Source: Vicinamibacteria bacterium
GTDB taxonomy: Bacteria > Acidobacteriota > Vicinamibacteria > Vicinamibacterales > JAENWD01
Assembly: GCA_963796915.1 (NCBI GenBank)
Contig: CAWCNI010000004.1
Location: forward strand, 2,894,821-2,958,820
Length of the DNA: 64,000 nt
Direction of reading: 5' to 3'
Below the pieces are notes generated by a model, which worked only from the letters and a program-made list of their open reading frames with translations, was not told the origin of the DNA and did no database searches. A program made the position numbers and the translations under genes. Within the stretch, counting starts at the first letter, position 1; each line of letters starts with the position of its first letter. Below, one piece after another: positions 20,614 to 31,704 of the stretch.

Positions 20614-21279
20614 ATGACAGCGAAGAACATCGGGTCTCGGCGTGTACCCAAGGGCGACAAGCGCGACCGGACGCGCGCCACGCTGCTCGAAGCGGCACGA
20701 GCCGTCGTTCGGGAAAAGGGCCACGCACGCACCACGCTCGAAGCTGTCGCGCGACGCGCCGGCATGACGACAGGTGCCATCTACGGGAACTTCAAGAACC
20801 GCGACGAGCTCTTCATCGCGCTCGGCCAGGCCTACTGGGCGCCGGTGAAACCCCGCATCAAGCCTGGCGCGACGTTCGCCGAGGCGATGCACGCAATGGC
20901 CAGGGCGACGCTCGACGCAATCCCGGAGCGCAGCACGGCGGCGGTCGGACGCTTGACGGGGATGGCTCACGCGCTGACCAGCCCGGGCCTGCGGACCCGA
21001 GTTCACGAGGTCACTGCCGGCAGCTACGCGCTTGGCGAGGAATGGCTCCGGACCTTGTGGGATGAGCGAGAGCTACCCATGGCGCCGGAGCATCTGGTGC
21101 GCGTCATTCACGCGCTGATCGAGGGACTTGTGCTGCAGAGAATACTGACTCCGGAGCTGTTTCCTGACGAGGTGTTCTTCGCCGCCTTCGCAGCGCTGGC
21201 CAATCCGCGCACGAAACCCGGTCTCGCTGCAACCGCCGTTGACTTGCCCGCATCGAATCCGCAGACTGCGGGAACATGA
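20614..21279 (+). CDS. TetR/AcrR-family transcriptional regulator
   Basis: TRATLLEAA...TTLEAVARRAGMTTGAIYGNFKNRDEL HTH. Confidence 0.93.
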   Translation: MTAKNIGSRRVPKGDKRDRTRATLLEAARAVVREKGHARTTLEAVARRAGMTTGAIYGNFKNRDELFIALGQAYWAPVKPRIKPGATFAEAMHAMARATLDAIPERSTAAVGRLTGMAHALTSPGLRTRVHEVTAGSYALGEEWLRTLWDERELPMAPEHLVRVIHALIEGLVLQRILTPELFPDEVFFAAFAALANPRTKPGLAATAVDLPASNPQTAGT

Positions 21280-21331
21280 TAGATGTCGTGGTGCGCGACC
21301 GCTTTTTCCGAGTTATCGCGCCAAACGTCCG

Positions 21332-23533
21332 ATGACCGCATTCGCGGGACAGCGACCCGCCAGCACCGGGTTGTTTGCCGCCACTGGCTTCTCGTGGCAC
21401 ACGCCCATTCTCGCCGCCGTCGTCGTCGTCCTCGCTCTCGCTCCATGCGCCGCCGCGGATAAGACCGCAGCCAAAAACGTCCTGGTGCTGTCCGGTGGAC
21501 GCGGCCGGGTCTCGATCAACCAGATGCAGTCCGCGCTGCGGGCGCGTTATCCAGGGCCCGTCAACCTTTCCATCATCGACTTGGAGAACCCGCGGTTCGA
21601 ACAGGACGCGTATCAGGACCACCTGGCCGAAGCGCTGCGCAGCGGATACGCCAGCGACAGGCAGGATCTCGTTGTCGCCGTCGGCGGGACGTCGCTCGAA
21701 TTTGCAGTGCGATACCGCGACCGGGTCTTTCCGGGCGTGCCGATCACCTTCATGTCCGTCAACACGTCGCTGCCTCCGAAGTTGTGGCCCGGCGTGACGG
21801 GCGTTCAGTCCGCGCTGGGAGTGCGGGAAATCATCGAGCTGGCGCTCCGGCTGCATCCCGATACCGAAGCGATCGCCGTGATCACGGATGGTGCCGCAAT
21901 CAGCAACGACTGGCTGGCCGCGGAGGGCGAAGAACTGCGTCGTCATCGCGACAAGGTCAGGGAGATCGACATCATCGGACCTCCCAGCCCCGAACTGCTC
22001 CGGAAGGTGGCTGCACTCCCACCCCATACCGTGGTGCTGTTCCAGTTGGCTCCGCTCGACTCCGATCAACCGGCGTTCGGCGCCCTGGACGTCCTGGATG
22101 TCGTGGCACAGCACCGGCCCGTATATTCCATCCTGACCTATATGGACCGCGGCGCCGTTGGTGTGGCAAGCGACGACGCCACCAACGATGCGGTGTTGGC
22201 GGGCCAGCTGGCCGCACGTCTGTTGGCCGGTGAGCGGCCTGACGACATTCCCGTCGTGCAGAACTCCAAGGTGCTGGTGTCAGTGGATTGGCGGCAGCTT
22301 CGGCGCTGGAACATTCCGGAGTCAGCGCTGCCGGCCGGCACTCTGGTTCTCCACCGCGAACCCACCCTGTGGCAGCGCTACTGGCAATACATCATCGCCA
22401 TAAGCGCCGTCGTCGCCATTCAATCGCTGTTGATCGTCGGACTCCTGTGGCAACGCAGGCGAAGACAGAAGGCGGAGGCTCTCATACGCGAGAGCGAGCA
22501 ACGCTTTCGTCTGGTCACCAATACGGCGCCAGTCATGATCTGGATGGCCGATCCGGATCGATCGTTCAGCTATGTCAACCAGCCGTGGCTGGATTTCACC
22601 GGGCGGCCGATCGACGCCGAGCTGGGCAACGGCTGGGCGCAAGGGATACACCCGGAGGATCGCGATGCACATCTGGAGGCACAGGCGCGCGCGTTCGACG
22701 TTCAGGCGCCATTCCGGCTGCAATATCGGCTTCGCCGGCACGACGGAGAATTCCGCTGGGTCTTCGACATCGGCGTGCCACGGTTCGCCGCCGACGGCTC
22801 CTTCGCCGGCTACATCGGCTCCTGCCTGGACATCACGGAACGCAAACTGGCCGAAGAGGCTCTGGCCAGTCTCGGCGGCAAGTTGATCGCGGCGCAGGAA
22901 CAGGAGCGCGCGCGCATTGCGCGGGAGCTGCACGACGACATCAACCAGCAACTCGCGTTCCTCTCGGTGTCGCTCGACGAACTCAGCCAGAATCCTCCGG
23001 ACTCGATTGCGGCGATCCCGGGCAGGCTCGAAGCTGTCGAAATCCAGGCCGCCGAGATTTCGCGGAGCGTGCAGAATCTTTCCCACCGTCTGCACTCGTC
23101 AAAACTGGAATACCTGGGCCTGGTTGCCGCATTGCGGGGCTTCTGCCGCGAGTTCTCCGAACAGCACCGCGTCGACGTCACGTTCTCACACGAGCCGATC
23201 CCCGAGGGCCTGCCGGCGGAGATCTCGCTGTGCCTGTTCCGCGTGGCGCAGGCGGCACTGGTCAACGCCTTGAAGCACAGCGGCGTCAAGTCTTTTGACG
23301 TTCACCTGGGGTCCCTGCGTGGCGGCATTCGCCTGAGCATCCGCGATGAAGGCGTCGGCTTCGATGTCGAGAAGGTCCTGGGCGGCGACGGTCTCGGGCT
23401 GGTCAGCATGCGAGAGAGAGTGCGTTTCGTGGATGGCGAGATTTCGATCATTTCAAAGCCACAAGGCGGCACCACAATCGAGGTCGATGTGCCGCTGCCC
23501 GCCGCCGACACCCTCACATCGCAGAGCGCGTGA
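21332..23533 (+). CDS. PAS-domain sensor histidine kinase (HisKA_3/NarX-type) with periplasmic binding domain
   Basis: PAS (IHPEDR, YRLRRHDGEFRW), ERARIARELHDDINQ, NALKHSG, DEGVGFD, GLGLVSMRER. No cognate regulator adjacent. Confidence 0.92.
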   Translation: MTAFAGQRPASTGLFAATGFSWHTPILAAVVVVLALAPCAAADKTAAKNVLVLSGGRGRVSINQMQSALRARYPGPVNLSIIDLENPRFEQDAYQDHLAEALRSGYASDRQDLVVAVGGTSLEFAVRYRDRVFPGVPITFMSVNTSLPPKLWPGVTGVQSALGVREIIELALRLHPDTEAIAVITDGAAISNDWLAAEGEELRRHRDKVREIDIIGPPSPELLRKVAALPPHTVVLFQLAPLDSDQPAFGALDVLDVVAQHRPVYSILTYMDRGAVGVASDDATNDAVLAGQLAARLLAGERPDDIPVVQNSKVLVSVDWRQLRRWNIPESALPAGTLVLHREPTLWQRYWQYIIAISAVVAIQSLLIVGLLWQRRRRQKAEALIRESEQRFRLVTNTAPVMIWMADPDRSFSYVNQPWLDFTGRPIDAELGNGWAQGIHPEDRDAHLEAQARAFDVQAPFRLQYRLRRHDGEFRWVFDIGVPRFAADGSFAGYIGSCLDITERKLAEEALASLGGKLIAAQEQERARIARELHDDINQQLAFLSVSLDELSQNPPDSIAAIPGRLEAVEIQAAEISRSVQNLSHRLHSSKLEYLGLVAALRGFCREFSEQHRVDVTFSHEPIPEGLPAEISLCLFRVAQAALVNALKHSGVKSFDVHLGSLRGGIRLSIRDEGVGFDVEKVLGGDGLGLVSMRERVRFVDGEISIISKPQGGTTIEVDVPLPAADTLTSQSA

Positions 23534-23720
23534 CTCACGACCCGTGCGAAGTGCCCTCGATTGCCGGCGCATGCCGCGTCCGATGAGGCTTGCGAACTGC
23601 CGCGGAACACCACGATGACTGACTGGTTTGCCCGGCTATCGGGTCCTGGTGATGACGACCCCGACGGCAATCAGCTCTAGTTCAACTACCGAGAGCCCGC
23701 TGGCTAGCCATCGCCTTCCC

Positions 23721-24218
23721 TCAGGCGCGCCGTTCGCGGAGCCGAAACGCGATAGGGAGCAAGGCGATCACCGCGGGTATCGCGGCGACCGCGCACCAGA
23801 ACCCGAACCAGAGACTCCATCCCTCGAGCTCGGTCCTCACGTCGGCGCGGCCGGGATCTGCCGGGTCGTAGACCACGTCCACCACCTGCCCGACAGTCCA
23901 TGGCGCGGGGTGACGGTTCACGCTGCCCACCATCGATCGCGCTTCTCCGCTCTGCGTCGTGAACGCCACCACCGGCGATTGGCCGCTGCCCTTGCCGCCC
24001 CGCACGTTCTCGGCAACCGACGGGTTGCTCGCTACGTAGCGCAGCTCAGTCACCCGGCCGGAGACTGCCCGACCGCCGCGCAGCAGCTCGCCCTTTGCCC
24101 AATGCGTGCGCGCACCCCAGAGCAGCGTGACCAGGGCGATGAGCAGAAACGGGACTGTAATGCAGCCGTACGCGCTCGCGTGGACTCTGCCCTGAGCGCT
24201 GTTTGCCGACGTCGTCAT
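23721..24218 (-). CDS. DUF3592-like membrane protein
   Basis: TM, then GRVTEL...PVVAFTT...VGQVVDVVYDPADPGRA, then TM. Confidence 0.7.
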   Translation of the reverse strand: MTTSANSAQGRVHASAYGCITVPFLLIALVTLLWGARTHWAKGELLRGGRAVSGRVTELRYVASNPSVAENVRGGKGSGQSPVVAFTTQSGEARSMVGSVNRHPAPWTVGQVVDVVYDPADPGRADVRTELEGWSLWFGFWCAVAAIPAVIALLPIAFRLRERRA

Positions 24219-24341
24219 GGTCGCTCCACCTGTCACCGCAGCTATGGCCATCCCGCTTGTCGCGCTATCATCCCGCACATTAGCCCGGACCGCATGGTCT
24301 CGCGAGATGTGGGACGGCGCGATCCAATCACAGGTGCCCTG

Positions 24342-26270
24342 ATGTACGGTCAGCGTTTCTTTCGAGCAGCTTCATTCCTCACAATGTGCGCCCTGGCAGC
24401 AGTCGCGTCGGCTCAGACGCCGCCCCTGACGCCGGACGTCCCCGCGAAGTTCCAGGCGCCGGTGGACGCCAACGACTACGTCAAGCGCACGGTGATGATC
24501 CCGATGCGCGATGGCGTCAAGCTGTTCACGGTCATCGTCGTGCCAAAGGGCGCACAGCACGCGCCGATACTCCTCACCCGCACGCCGTACAACGCCACCG
24601 GCCGCGCCACGCGCGGCCATTCGACGCGCATGCTGGCCACGCTGCCGCAGGGCGACGAAGTCTTCGTCTCGGATGGCTACATCCGCGTCTTCCAGGACAT
24701 CCGCGGCAAGTACAAGTCCGAGGGCGACTACGTGATGACGCGCCCGCTCAAGGGGCCGTTGAACGCGAGCGAGGTCGACCACTCCACCGACGCATTCGAC
24801 ACGATCGACTGGCTGGTGAAGAACGTCCCTGAATCCAACGGCAAGGTGGGCATGCTCGGCAGCTCCTACGAGGGCTTCACCGTCGTCACCGCGCTGGTCC
24901 ACCCGCACCCGGCACTGAAGGTCGCCGCGCCGATGAGCCCGATGGTCGACGGCTGGATGGGCGACGACTGGTTCCACTACGGCGCCTTCCGTCAGACGAA
25001 CTTCGACTACATCGCCGGGCAGACAGCAGCCCGCGCCGAAGGCGAATCGATCCCTCGCGCGGGCGCCGACGACTACGACAACTTCCTCCGGGCTGGATCG
25101 GCTGGCGCGTTTGCGACGGCTGCCGGGCTCGACCAGTTCCCCTTCTGGAAGAAGATCAGCGAGCATCCCGCCTACGACAGCTTCTGGAGCAACCAGGCGC
25201 TCGACAAAGTGATGGCGGCGCAGCCCATGACCGTGCCCACGATGTGGATCCAGGGGCTGTGGGATCAGGAAGACATGTGGGGCGCCATCCACTGCTACAT
25301 GGCCACCGAGCCGCTGGACCACACCAACACGATGAACTACCTCGTGATGGGCCCGTGGCGCCACAGCGGCGTCAACTACGAGGGCTCGACGATGGGCCCG
25401 TTGCATTTGCAGGGGGATACCGCCCTCGAGTTCCGGCGCGACGTGCTCAAGCCGTTCTTCGATCAGTACCTGAAGGACGGCGCGCCAAAGGCGGACACGC
25501 CGCCGGTCTTCATTTACAACACCGGCGAGAACCACTGGGACCGCCTGAAGTCATGGCCGCTCGCCTGCGACACCTGCACGACGAAGGCGACCCCGCTCTA
25601 CCTGACCAGCGGCATGGGGCTGTCGTTCACCGCCCCCGGCGCCCCCGGCAGCGACGCGGCCTCCTACGACGAGTTCGTCTCCGATCCCGCCAAGCCGGTG
25701 CCGTACCTGCCGCGCCCGGTGCGGCCGGATAACAGCGCCTGGCCGCGCTGGCTCGTGACCGACCAGCGCTTCGTCGACGGACGTCCCGACGTGCTCACCT
25801 ACGTCACGCCAGCGCTCGCCGAGCCGGTGCGCATCAGCGGGGCGCCGGTGGTCCACTTGACGGCAGCCACCAGCGGCAGCGACGCCGACTGGGTCGTCAA
25901 GCTGATCGACGTTTACCCCGACGAAGTGCCGAGCCAGCCCGACCTGAGCGGCTACGAGTTGGGCATCTCGATGGACATCTTCCGCGGCCGCTATCGCGAA
26001 AGCTTCGAGACGCCGAAGGCCATTGCCGCCAACGTGCCGCTCACGTACACGTTCGGCCTGCCAACGGCGAACCACGTCTTTCTGCCCGGGCACCGGATCA
26101 TGGTGCAGGTGCAGTCCACCTGGTTCCCGCTGTACGACAGGAACCCGCAGACGTTCGTGCCGAACATCTTCTTTGCCAAGCCGGAGGACTACCGGAAGGC
26201 GACAGAGCGGGTCTACCACTCCGGAACTGCCGCCAGCTTCATTTCCCTGCCGGTGGTCGCCGTCAAATAG
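24342..26270 (+). CDS. CocE/NonD family hydrolase (alpha-amino-acid ester hydrolase-like)
   Basis: IPMRDGVKL, RTPY, GSSYEG nucleophile elbow, GPWRH and QSTWFPLYDRNPQ motifs. Confidence 0.93.
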   Translation: MYGQRFFRAASFLTMCALAAVASAQTPPLTPDVPAKFQAPVDANDYVKRTVMIPMRDGVKLFTVIVVPKGAQHAPILLTRTPYNATGRATRGHSTRMLATLPQGDEVFVSDGYIRVFQDIRGKYKSEGDYVMTRPLKGPLNASEVDHSTDAFDTIDWLVKNVPESNGKVGMLGSSYEGFTVVTALVHPHPALKVAAPMSPMVDGWMGDDWFHYGAFRQTNFDYIAGQTAARAEGESIPRAGADDYDNFLRAGSAGAFATAAGLDQFPFWKKISEHPAYDSFWSNQALDKVMAAQPMTVPTMWIQGLWDQEDMWGAIHCYMATEPLDHTNTMNYLVMGPWRHSGVNYEGSTMGPLHLQGDTALEFRRDVLKPFFDQYLKDGAPKADTPPVFIYNTGENHWDRLKSWPLACDTCTTKATPLYLTSGMGLSFTAPGAPGSDAASYDEFVSDPAKPVPYLPRPVRPDNSAWPRWLVTDQRFVDGRPDVLTYVTPALAEPVRISGAPVVHLTAATSGSDADWVVKLIDVYPDEVPSQPDLSGYELGISMDIFRGRYRESFETPKAIAANVPLTYTFGLPTANHVFLPGHRIMVQVQSTWFPLYDRNPQTFVPNIFFAKPEDYRKATERVYHSGTAASFISLPVVAVK

Positions 26271-26286
26271 CTGCCACGCACCGCCA

Positions 26287-26316
26287 GGCACGCTTCGTCG
26301 CGCGACGAAGCGTGCC
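26287..26316. terminator. Perfect 30-bp palindrome after the CocE gene
   Basis: GGCACGCTTCGTCGC-GCGACGAAGCGTGCC. Confidence 0.5.
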
Positions 26317-26343
26317 GGTTCGGCGACGCCTACGATGGCGTTC

Positions 26344-26811
26344 ATGGCCATCGTCGAGCACCGCTATCGCGCGCATCTCACGTGGGAAGGCAATGTCGGC
26401 CACGGCACTGCCAGCTACCAGGGGTACCAGCGGACATTCCGCGCCACTGTCGTTGGCAAACCAAGCCTCGTCGGCTCCGCAGATCCGGCGTTCCGCGGGG
26501 ACGCCGCCCTGCTGAACCCGGAAGATCTCTTCCTCACCGCAATTGCCGCGTGTCACATGCTCACCTACCTTGCCTTGTGCGCCCGCCGCGGCATCGCCGT
26601 CCTGGCTTACGAGGACGCGCCGTCTGGCGTCATGCGCCTGGAAGCAGGCGGCGGGCGCTTCGAAGAGATCGTCCTTTCGCCGGTCGTGCGGGTGGCCAGC
26701 GCCGACCATCTCGAATCGGCGCGCGCGCTACATGACGCCGCCCATCGCGACTGCTTCGTCGCCAGCTCCTGCAATGTCGCGATCGAGTTGCGCCCGGAGG
26801 TGAGGGCATGA
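26344..26811 (+). CDS. OsmC-family protein
   Basis: HRYRAHLTWEG, SADPAFRGD, NPEDLF...ACHML and AHRDCFVASS motifs. Confidence 0.9.
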   Translation: MAIVEHRYRAHLTWEGNVGHGTASYQGYQRTFRATVVGKPSLVGSADPAFRGDAALLNPEDLFLTAIAACHMLTYLALCARRGIAVLAYEDAPSGVMRLEAGGGRFEEIVLSPVVRVASADHLESARALHDAAHRDCFVASSCNVAIELRPEVRA

Positions 26812-27206
26812 GAGACGTGGCGATCGCGCTTCCCCACCGACCCGGCGCGCTGGCTGAACTCGGCGAGGCGTTCGGCCGGGCGAGCATCAGCATCGAAGGC
26901 GGCGGCGTCTTCGCGACGGCGGATTCGGCGGTTGCGCATTTTCTGGTTCGTGATGCCGCCGCCGCACGCGCCGCGCTCGCAGGCACCGGCCTGTGCGTCC
27001 TGGGCGACAATGAGGTCGTGATGCTCACCCTGAGGCAGGACGAGCCGGGCCAGCTCGGCTCCGTGGCGCGGATGATGGCCGAGTGCGGCGTGAACATCGA
27101 AGTCCAGTACAGCGATCACGACGGCCACCTGATTCTGGTCGTCGACGATCTGCCGCGTGGACAGGCAGTGTCCGTGGAGTGGGCGACGCGTGCCGCACGC
27201 CCCTGA
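26808..27206 (+). CDS. ACT-domain (amino-acid-binding) protein
   Basis: HRPGALAELGE and DEPGQLGSVAR...GVNIEVQYSD tandem ACT motifs. Confidence 0.8.
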   Translation: MRDVAIALPHRPGALAELGEAFGRASISIEGGGVFATADSAVAHFLVRDAAAARAALAGTGLCVLGDNEVVMLTLRQDEPGQLGSVARMMAECGVNIEVQYSDHDGHLILVVDDLPRGQAVSVEWATRAARP

Positions 27207-27867
27207 TCTTGCCGGCGTGGCGGCACTGCTCGGCGAGCCGGCGCGCGCGCGCATCCTGACCGCGCTGATGGGCGGCGTCGCGCTGACCGCAACGGAGCTG
27301 GCGATGGAGGCGGGCATCGCGCCGTCGACGTGCAGCGCCCACCTTGCGCGACTGACTGAAGGTCGAGTGCTCCGGGTCGCCCGCCAGGGCCGGCATCGCT
27401 ATTTCCGCTTGTACGACGAGCAGATTGCGACGATTGTAGAAGCCCTGATGGGCGTGGCGGCGGAGCGTGACGTCGTCGTGCGGACCGGCCCGGCGGAGCC
27501 CGCCTTGCGGATCGCGCGGGTGTGCTACGACCATCTGGCCGGCGAACGTGGCGTCTGGCTGCTGGCGCAGCTCCGTGCACGGGCATTGCTCACCGGGCGC
27601 GACGGGTGCGGCATCTCTGCTGCGGGCGAGGTGTTCTTCGCCCAACTCGGCCTCGACCTCGACACGATCGGGAAATCGCGGCGCGTGACGGCCCGCGCCT
27701 GTCTCGACTGGAGTGAGCGACGCGACCATCTGGGCGGCGCGCTGGGCGCGGCCATCTTCGGCCGCCTGCTGGCCCTCGGATGGGCAGAGCGCGAGTCCGG
27801 CAGCCGCGTCGTGACGTTCACGACACACGGGGCGCGGGCGTTTCGCCGGCGGTTCTCGGCGCAATAG
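27190..27867 (+). CDS. ArsR/SmtB-family regulator
   Basis: LGEPARARIL...TATELA...SAHLARL, ARVCYDHLAG and CLDWSERRDHLGG motifs. Confidence 0.9.
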   Translation: MPHAPDLAGVAALLGEPARARILTALMGGVALTATELAMEAGIAPSTCSAHLARLTEGRVLRVARQGRHRYFRLYDEQIATIVEALMGVAAERDVVVRTGPAEPALRIARVCYDHLAGERGVWLLAQLRARALLTGRDGCGISAAGEVFFAQLGLDLDTIGKSRRVTARACLDWSERRDHLGGALGAAIFGRLLALGWAERESGSRVVTFTTHGARAFRRRFSAQ

Positions 27868-27904
27868 CGGCGACCCGTCAGGCCTCGCCGGCGGCCGTGG
27901 CTCG

Positions 27905-28759
27905 TCAGGCGGCGCGGCGGGGGCGGCGCGGTCGGGCCCGTGACGTCTTGCCGGCGTCGCGACCTTTGCTGGCGCCGGTGCGGCCACTGCCTGCGCCCTC
28001 GAGGCTGCGGCGCAGGCGCTCCATCAGGTCGACGACGTTGGAGTCGCGCTCGGGAACCTCCGCCACCAGCTTCGCCTTCGTGCCCTTCATCTTCGACTTG
28101 ATCACGCGCATCAGGTTTTCGCGGTAGTCGTCCTTGTACTTCTCGGGCGCCCACTCGGCGGCCAGGCTTTCGACCAGCATCTTCGCGAGATCCAGTTCCT
28201 TCTTGCCGATGGCTCCAGCCTTGGGGAAGGTGAGCGTGCTCTCGTCGACCAGCTCCTCGGAAAATCGCAGTGTCGTGATGACCAGCGCGTCCTCGATGGC
28301 TTCGACGGCCGCGAGGTGCTGGACCTCACGAAGGAGAAACTTGCCGATGCCGATCCGGTTCGATCCGCGAATAGCCTCGCGCAGCAGCGCGTAGGCTTTG
28401 TCTCCGCCCTTGCCCGGGGTGAGGTAATACGGGGTGTCGAAGAACCTGTCGTCGATGGAACCCGCCTCGACGAAGTCCAGGATGTCGATGCGCCGCGTCT
28501 TCTCGAGCGCCGCGGCCGCGATGTCTTCTTTCGTCAAGACGACGAAGCGGCCCTTCTCGTACTCGTAGCCCTTGACGAGCTCGCTCCAGGGGACGGGTTT
28601 GCCGTCTTTCTGGCACACGCGCTCCATGCTGATGGGCGACTTGTCCTTCGCGTGCAGCATGCGGAAGCGGGGGCGACTATCCCGGACTGCGGGATAGACG
28701 CCCACCGGGATCTGCACGAGGCCAAAGGACAGCACGCCGTTCCAGATCGATCGAGCCAA
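27905..28759 (-). CDS. ku: Ku protein (non-homologous end joining)
   Basis: RSIWNGVLSFGLVQIPV, VKGYEYEKG, VVDLMERLRRSL and a basic tail. Confidence 0.95.
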   Translation of the reverse strand: MARSIWNGVLSFGLVQIPVGVYPAVRDSRPRFRMLHAKDKSPISMERVCQKDGKPVPWSELVKGYEYEKGRFVVLTKEDIAAAALEKTRRIDILDFVEAGSIDDRFFDTPYYLTPGKGGDKAYALLREAIRGSNRIGIGKFLLREVQHLAAVEAIEDALVITTLRFSEELVDESTLTFPKAGAIGKKELDLAKMLVESLAAEWAPEKYKDDYRENLMRVIKSKMKGTKAKLVAEVPERDSNVVDLMERLRRSLEGAGSGRTGASKGRDAGKTSRARPRRPRRAA

Positions 28760-28832
28760 GGCGGACTCCAGGATTGACTGTTGAACTGTGTGTGTTCTGC
28801 ACGAGTGTCAGCGTCGCGACACGCGACAGAAA

Positions 28833-28982
28833 TCAGCTGTGCTTGAAGTATTGCACCGCGCGCTCGTGCTTTTCGGCCGCCGCGCGCGAGCGGAACGTTC
28901 CGAGGTTCCGCCGCCGTCCGGTCTTCGGGTCCTGCTTCCGCGAATAGAGCCGGTACTCGCCGGTCTTGAGCTTGCGGATCAT
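28833..28982 (-). CDS. Small basic conserved-looking hypothetical protein (49 aa)
   Basis: SD GGAGG; MIRKLKTGEYRLYSRKQDPKTGRRRNLGTFRSRAAAEKHERAVQYFKHS. Confidence 0.75.
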   Translation of the reverse strand: MIRKLKTGEYRLYSRKQDPKTGRRRNLGTFRSRAAAEKHERAVQYFKHS

Positions 28983-29004
28983 ATCGACCTCCATCGATCG
29001 GGAT

Positions 29005-29020
29005 TGCAGACTTGTTGCCA
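29005..29020 (-). promoter_or_regulatory. Putative sigma54 promoter for the small protein and ku
   Basis: Minus strand TGGCAACAAGTCTGCA = GG-N10-GC. Confidence 0.55.
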
Positions 29021-29157
29021 TATCGGCCCCGCCGAGCAGGCCGTGCGCCGCTCAGCTGGAGGTTTACAAGTCCCGAGTGGACAACGGTTCGTCCCCGCGC
29101 TACGTCAGCCGTCCCATCAGCCCCGGCGCGTCGATGCGACTGTGAGATACGTCCACC

Positions 29158-31621
29158 ATGACCTCCCTTCGACTCGAAGACGTACGCGCGCGACCTGGCC
29201 GGGGCGGTCCGGTTTGCGCGCCGGCAGCCGATGTTCACAGCGCTCACCGTGCTGACGCTCGGGCTCGGCATCGGCGCCAATGCGACGATCTTCAGCTTCG
29301 TCAACGCCGTGTTCCTGCGGCCGCTGCCAGTCCGTGACCCGCACGAGATCGTCGCGCTGTTCACGGCGGACACGACTTACCAGGGCCGGCTGCTCCCGGT
29401 CTCCTATCCGAATTTCGTGGACTATCGCGACAGCCATGTCCTGACGGATCTGGCCGCGGAAGTACGCGTCGACCTGAACGTCGGCACCGCCGGCAGCCCG
29501 CCGGAACATGTCTCGGCGGCGTCGGTGTCCGCCAACTACTTCGACGTGCTCGGCGTCGGCGCGCGCGTCGGGCGGCTGTTCGCGCATGGCGAGGATGCGC
29601 CACTCGACGCGCATCCGGTCGTCGTGCTGTCGGCCAACCTGTGGCGGCGGCGATTCGGCGCCGATCCCGGAATTGCCGGTCGCACGGTTCTCGTCAACGG
29701 CCAGCCCTACGTCGTCGTCGGCGTGGCGGCTGACGGGTTCCGTGGACCGCAGCTGCTGTCGCGGTACGACGCGTGGGTGCCCATCGGCCAGCGCCGCGGC
29801 ATCGTCGGCTTCCTCGATCGGTGGTTCGACGCCCGCCAGGCAGCGATGTGCGCGGTCTACGGCCGTCTCGCGCGCGGGGCGGACATCACACAAGCGCGGA
29901 CGGCGATGGCGCTCGTGTCGGACCGCCTCGCTCGTGCGTACCCGCAACAGAATCACGCGCGTGCGGTGGTCGTGCTGCCGTTCGACGAGGCGGCGCTCAA
30001 CCCGAACCAGCGCGGTCAAATCGTGCGTATGGGCTGGTTCCTGTCGGTGATCGTCGGCCTGGTGCTGGCGCTGGCGTGTACCAACGTGGCGAATCTCCTT
30101 CTGCTTCGGGCGCTTGGCCGGGAGCGCGAGATCGCCGTGAGGATCGCAAGCGGCGCCAGTCGCGCCCGGATTGTCAGGCAGCTGCTCGCAGAGAGCCTGC
30201 TGCTCTCGGCCGCGGGCGGGATGGCCGGCCTCCTGCTCGCTACGTGGGGACGTCGCGTCCTCTGGTCCTTCAAGCCACCGACGGTGCCCGAGACGCTGGA
30301 CGTGCCGTTCGACAGCCGCGTGCTGCTCTTCACCATCGGGGTCACGCTCGTCACCGGGCTGGTCTTCGGCCTCGTGCCCGCGCTGCAGGGCTCGCGCGCA
30401 GATCTGGTGCCGGCGCTCAAGGGCGTACGCGGTCGCCGGGACCGCGTGCTTCCGTTCAAGCACGCGCTCGTGATCGGACAGGTGGCGTTGTCGCTGATTC
30501 TGCTCATCGGCACCGGCCTCATCCTGCGCAGCCTCGGTCGTGCACAAGGCGCGGACCCTGGCGTCGCCGCTCACGAGCTGATCGCGCTCAACATGAACCC
30601 GGACAGCATCGGCTACGATCGGCCGCGCGCGCTGGCGCTGTTCCACCGGACAATTGACGTGCTTGGCGCAGTGCCCGGCGTGCGAGCCGCCTCCTTCGCA
30701 TTCAACCGGCCCCTGACGCCGGCAATCTCCGCGCTCTTCTACCTCGAAGGCAAGAACGTCCCGTCGCCCGCCGATGGCGCGCCCATCGCGACCAATGCCG
30801 CCGATCCTGCGTACTTCAGGACCGTCGGTATTGCCCTGAAGGAGGGACGGACGTTCACCGACGCCGACACCGAAACCTCGACGCCCTCCATCGTGATCAA
30901 CCAGGCGCTTCGAGACCGCTACTTCGCGCGCGGCGAGAGCCCCGTCGGCCGCCACATGCGGTTCGTCGACGTGCCGACGGCGTTCGAGATCGTCGGCGTG
31001 GTTGGCGACGCCGTCTACGCGTCGATCGGCGAGCAGACACCCGACTACCTGTACTACCCCTTCGCGCAGGCCTATGGCGCCGGAGAGATCACGCTGTACG
31101 TGCGAACAGCTGGCGACCCGCACACGATGGTCGGCGAGGTGAGGCGCGTCGTACAGGCTCTCGATCCGAACCTGCCGCTCTACAACGTCGGCGTGGTCTC
31201 CGACCTTGTGACAGAGTCCTTGTGGGCCCCGCGCGCCGCCGCGGCCCTGCTTGGGTTCTTCGGCGTGCTCGGCCTGGCGCTGGCCGCCGTGGGGACTTAC
31301 GGCGTGATGGCGTTCCACGTCGATCAGACGCGGCGCGAGATCGGCATCCGCATGGCGCTCGGCCAGGGCCGGCCCTCGATCCTCGGCGGCATCGTCGGCA
31401 GGGGCATGGCCCTTGTCGCCATGGGTCTCGCGCTTGGCCTCGGTATCGCGTACGCAACTGCCCCGCTGATCGGGTCGTTCCTCTACGGGCTGCCGGCCAC
31501 CGATCTGGTGACGTTTGCGGCCACGCCGCTCGTGCTCGCCGTCGCGGCCCTCGCCGCCACGCTCGTCCCGGCACTCCGGGCACTGGGCGTTGACCCGGTC
31601 CAGGTGCTCAGGGCCGAATAG
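29158..31621 (+). CDS. ADOP/MacB-like duplicated ABC permease; probable frameshift at about 29161-29190
   Basis: LTLGLGIGANATIFS, LACTNVANLLL, REIGIRMALG and VDPVQVLRAE motifs. The N-terminal RDLAGAVRFARRQP lies upstream of ATG 29231 in frame, while ATG 29158 is one base out of frame. Confidence 0.88.
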
Positions 31622-31704
31622 CCACGCCGTTCACCAGTGCCTGCGCGATTCGCCGGTAAGATGTGCGTGACGCCGGCCGGCGGCCAGTCGGCGACCCGTG
31701 AAGC

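Noticed and set aside
23613-23680. Glyoxalase/VOC gene remnant (…DPDGNQL)
   Set aside because: Only a short motif in a 21-codon frame; insufficient to call a pseudogene.
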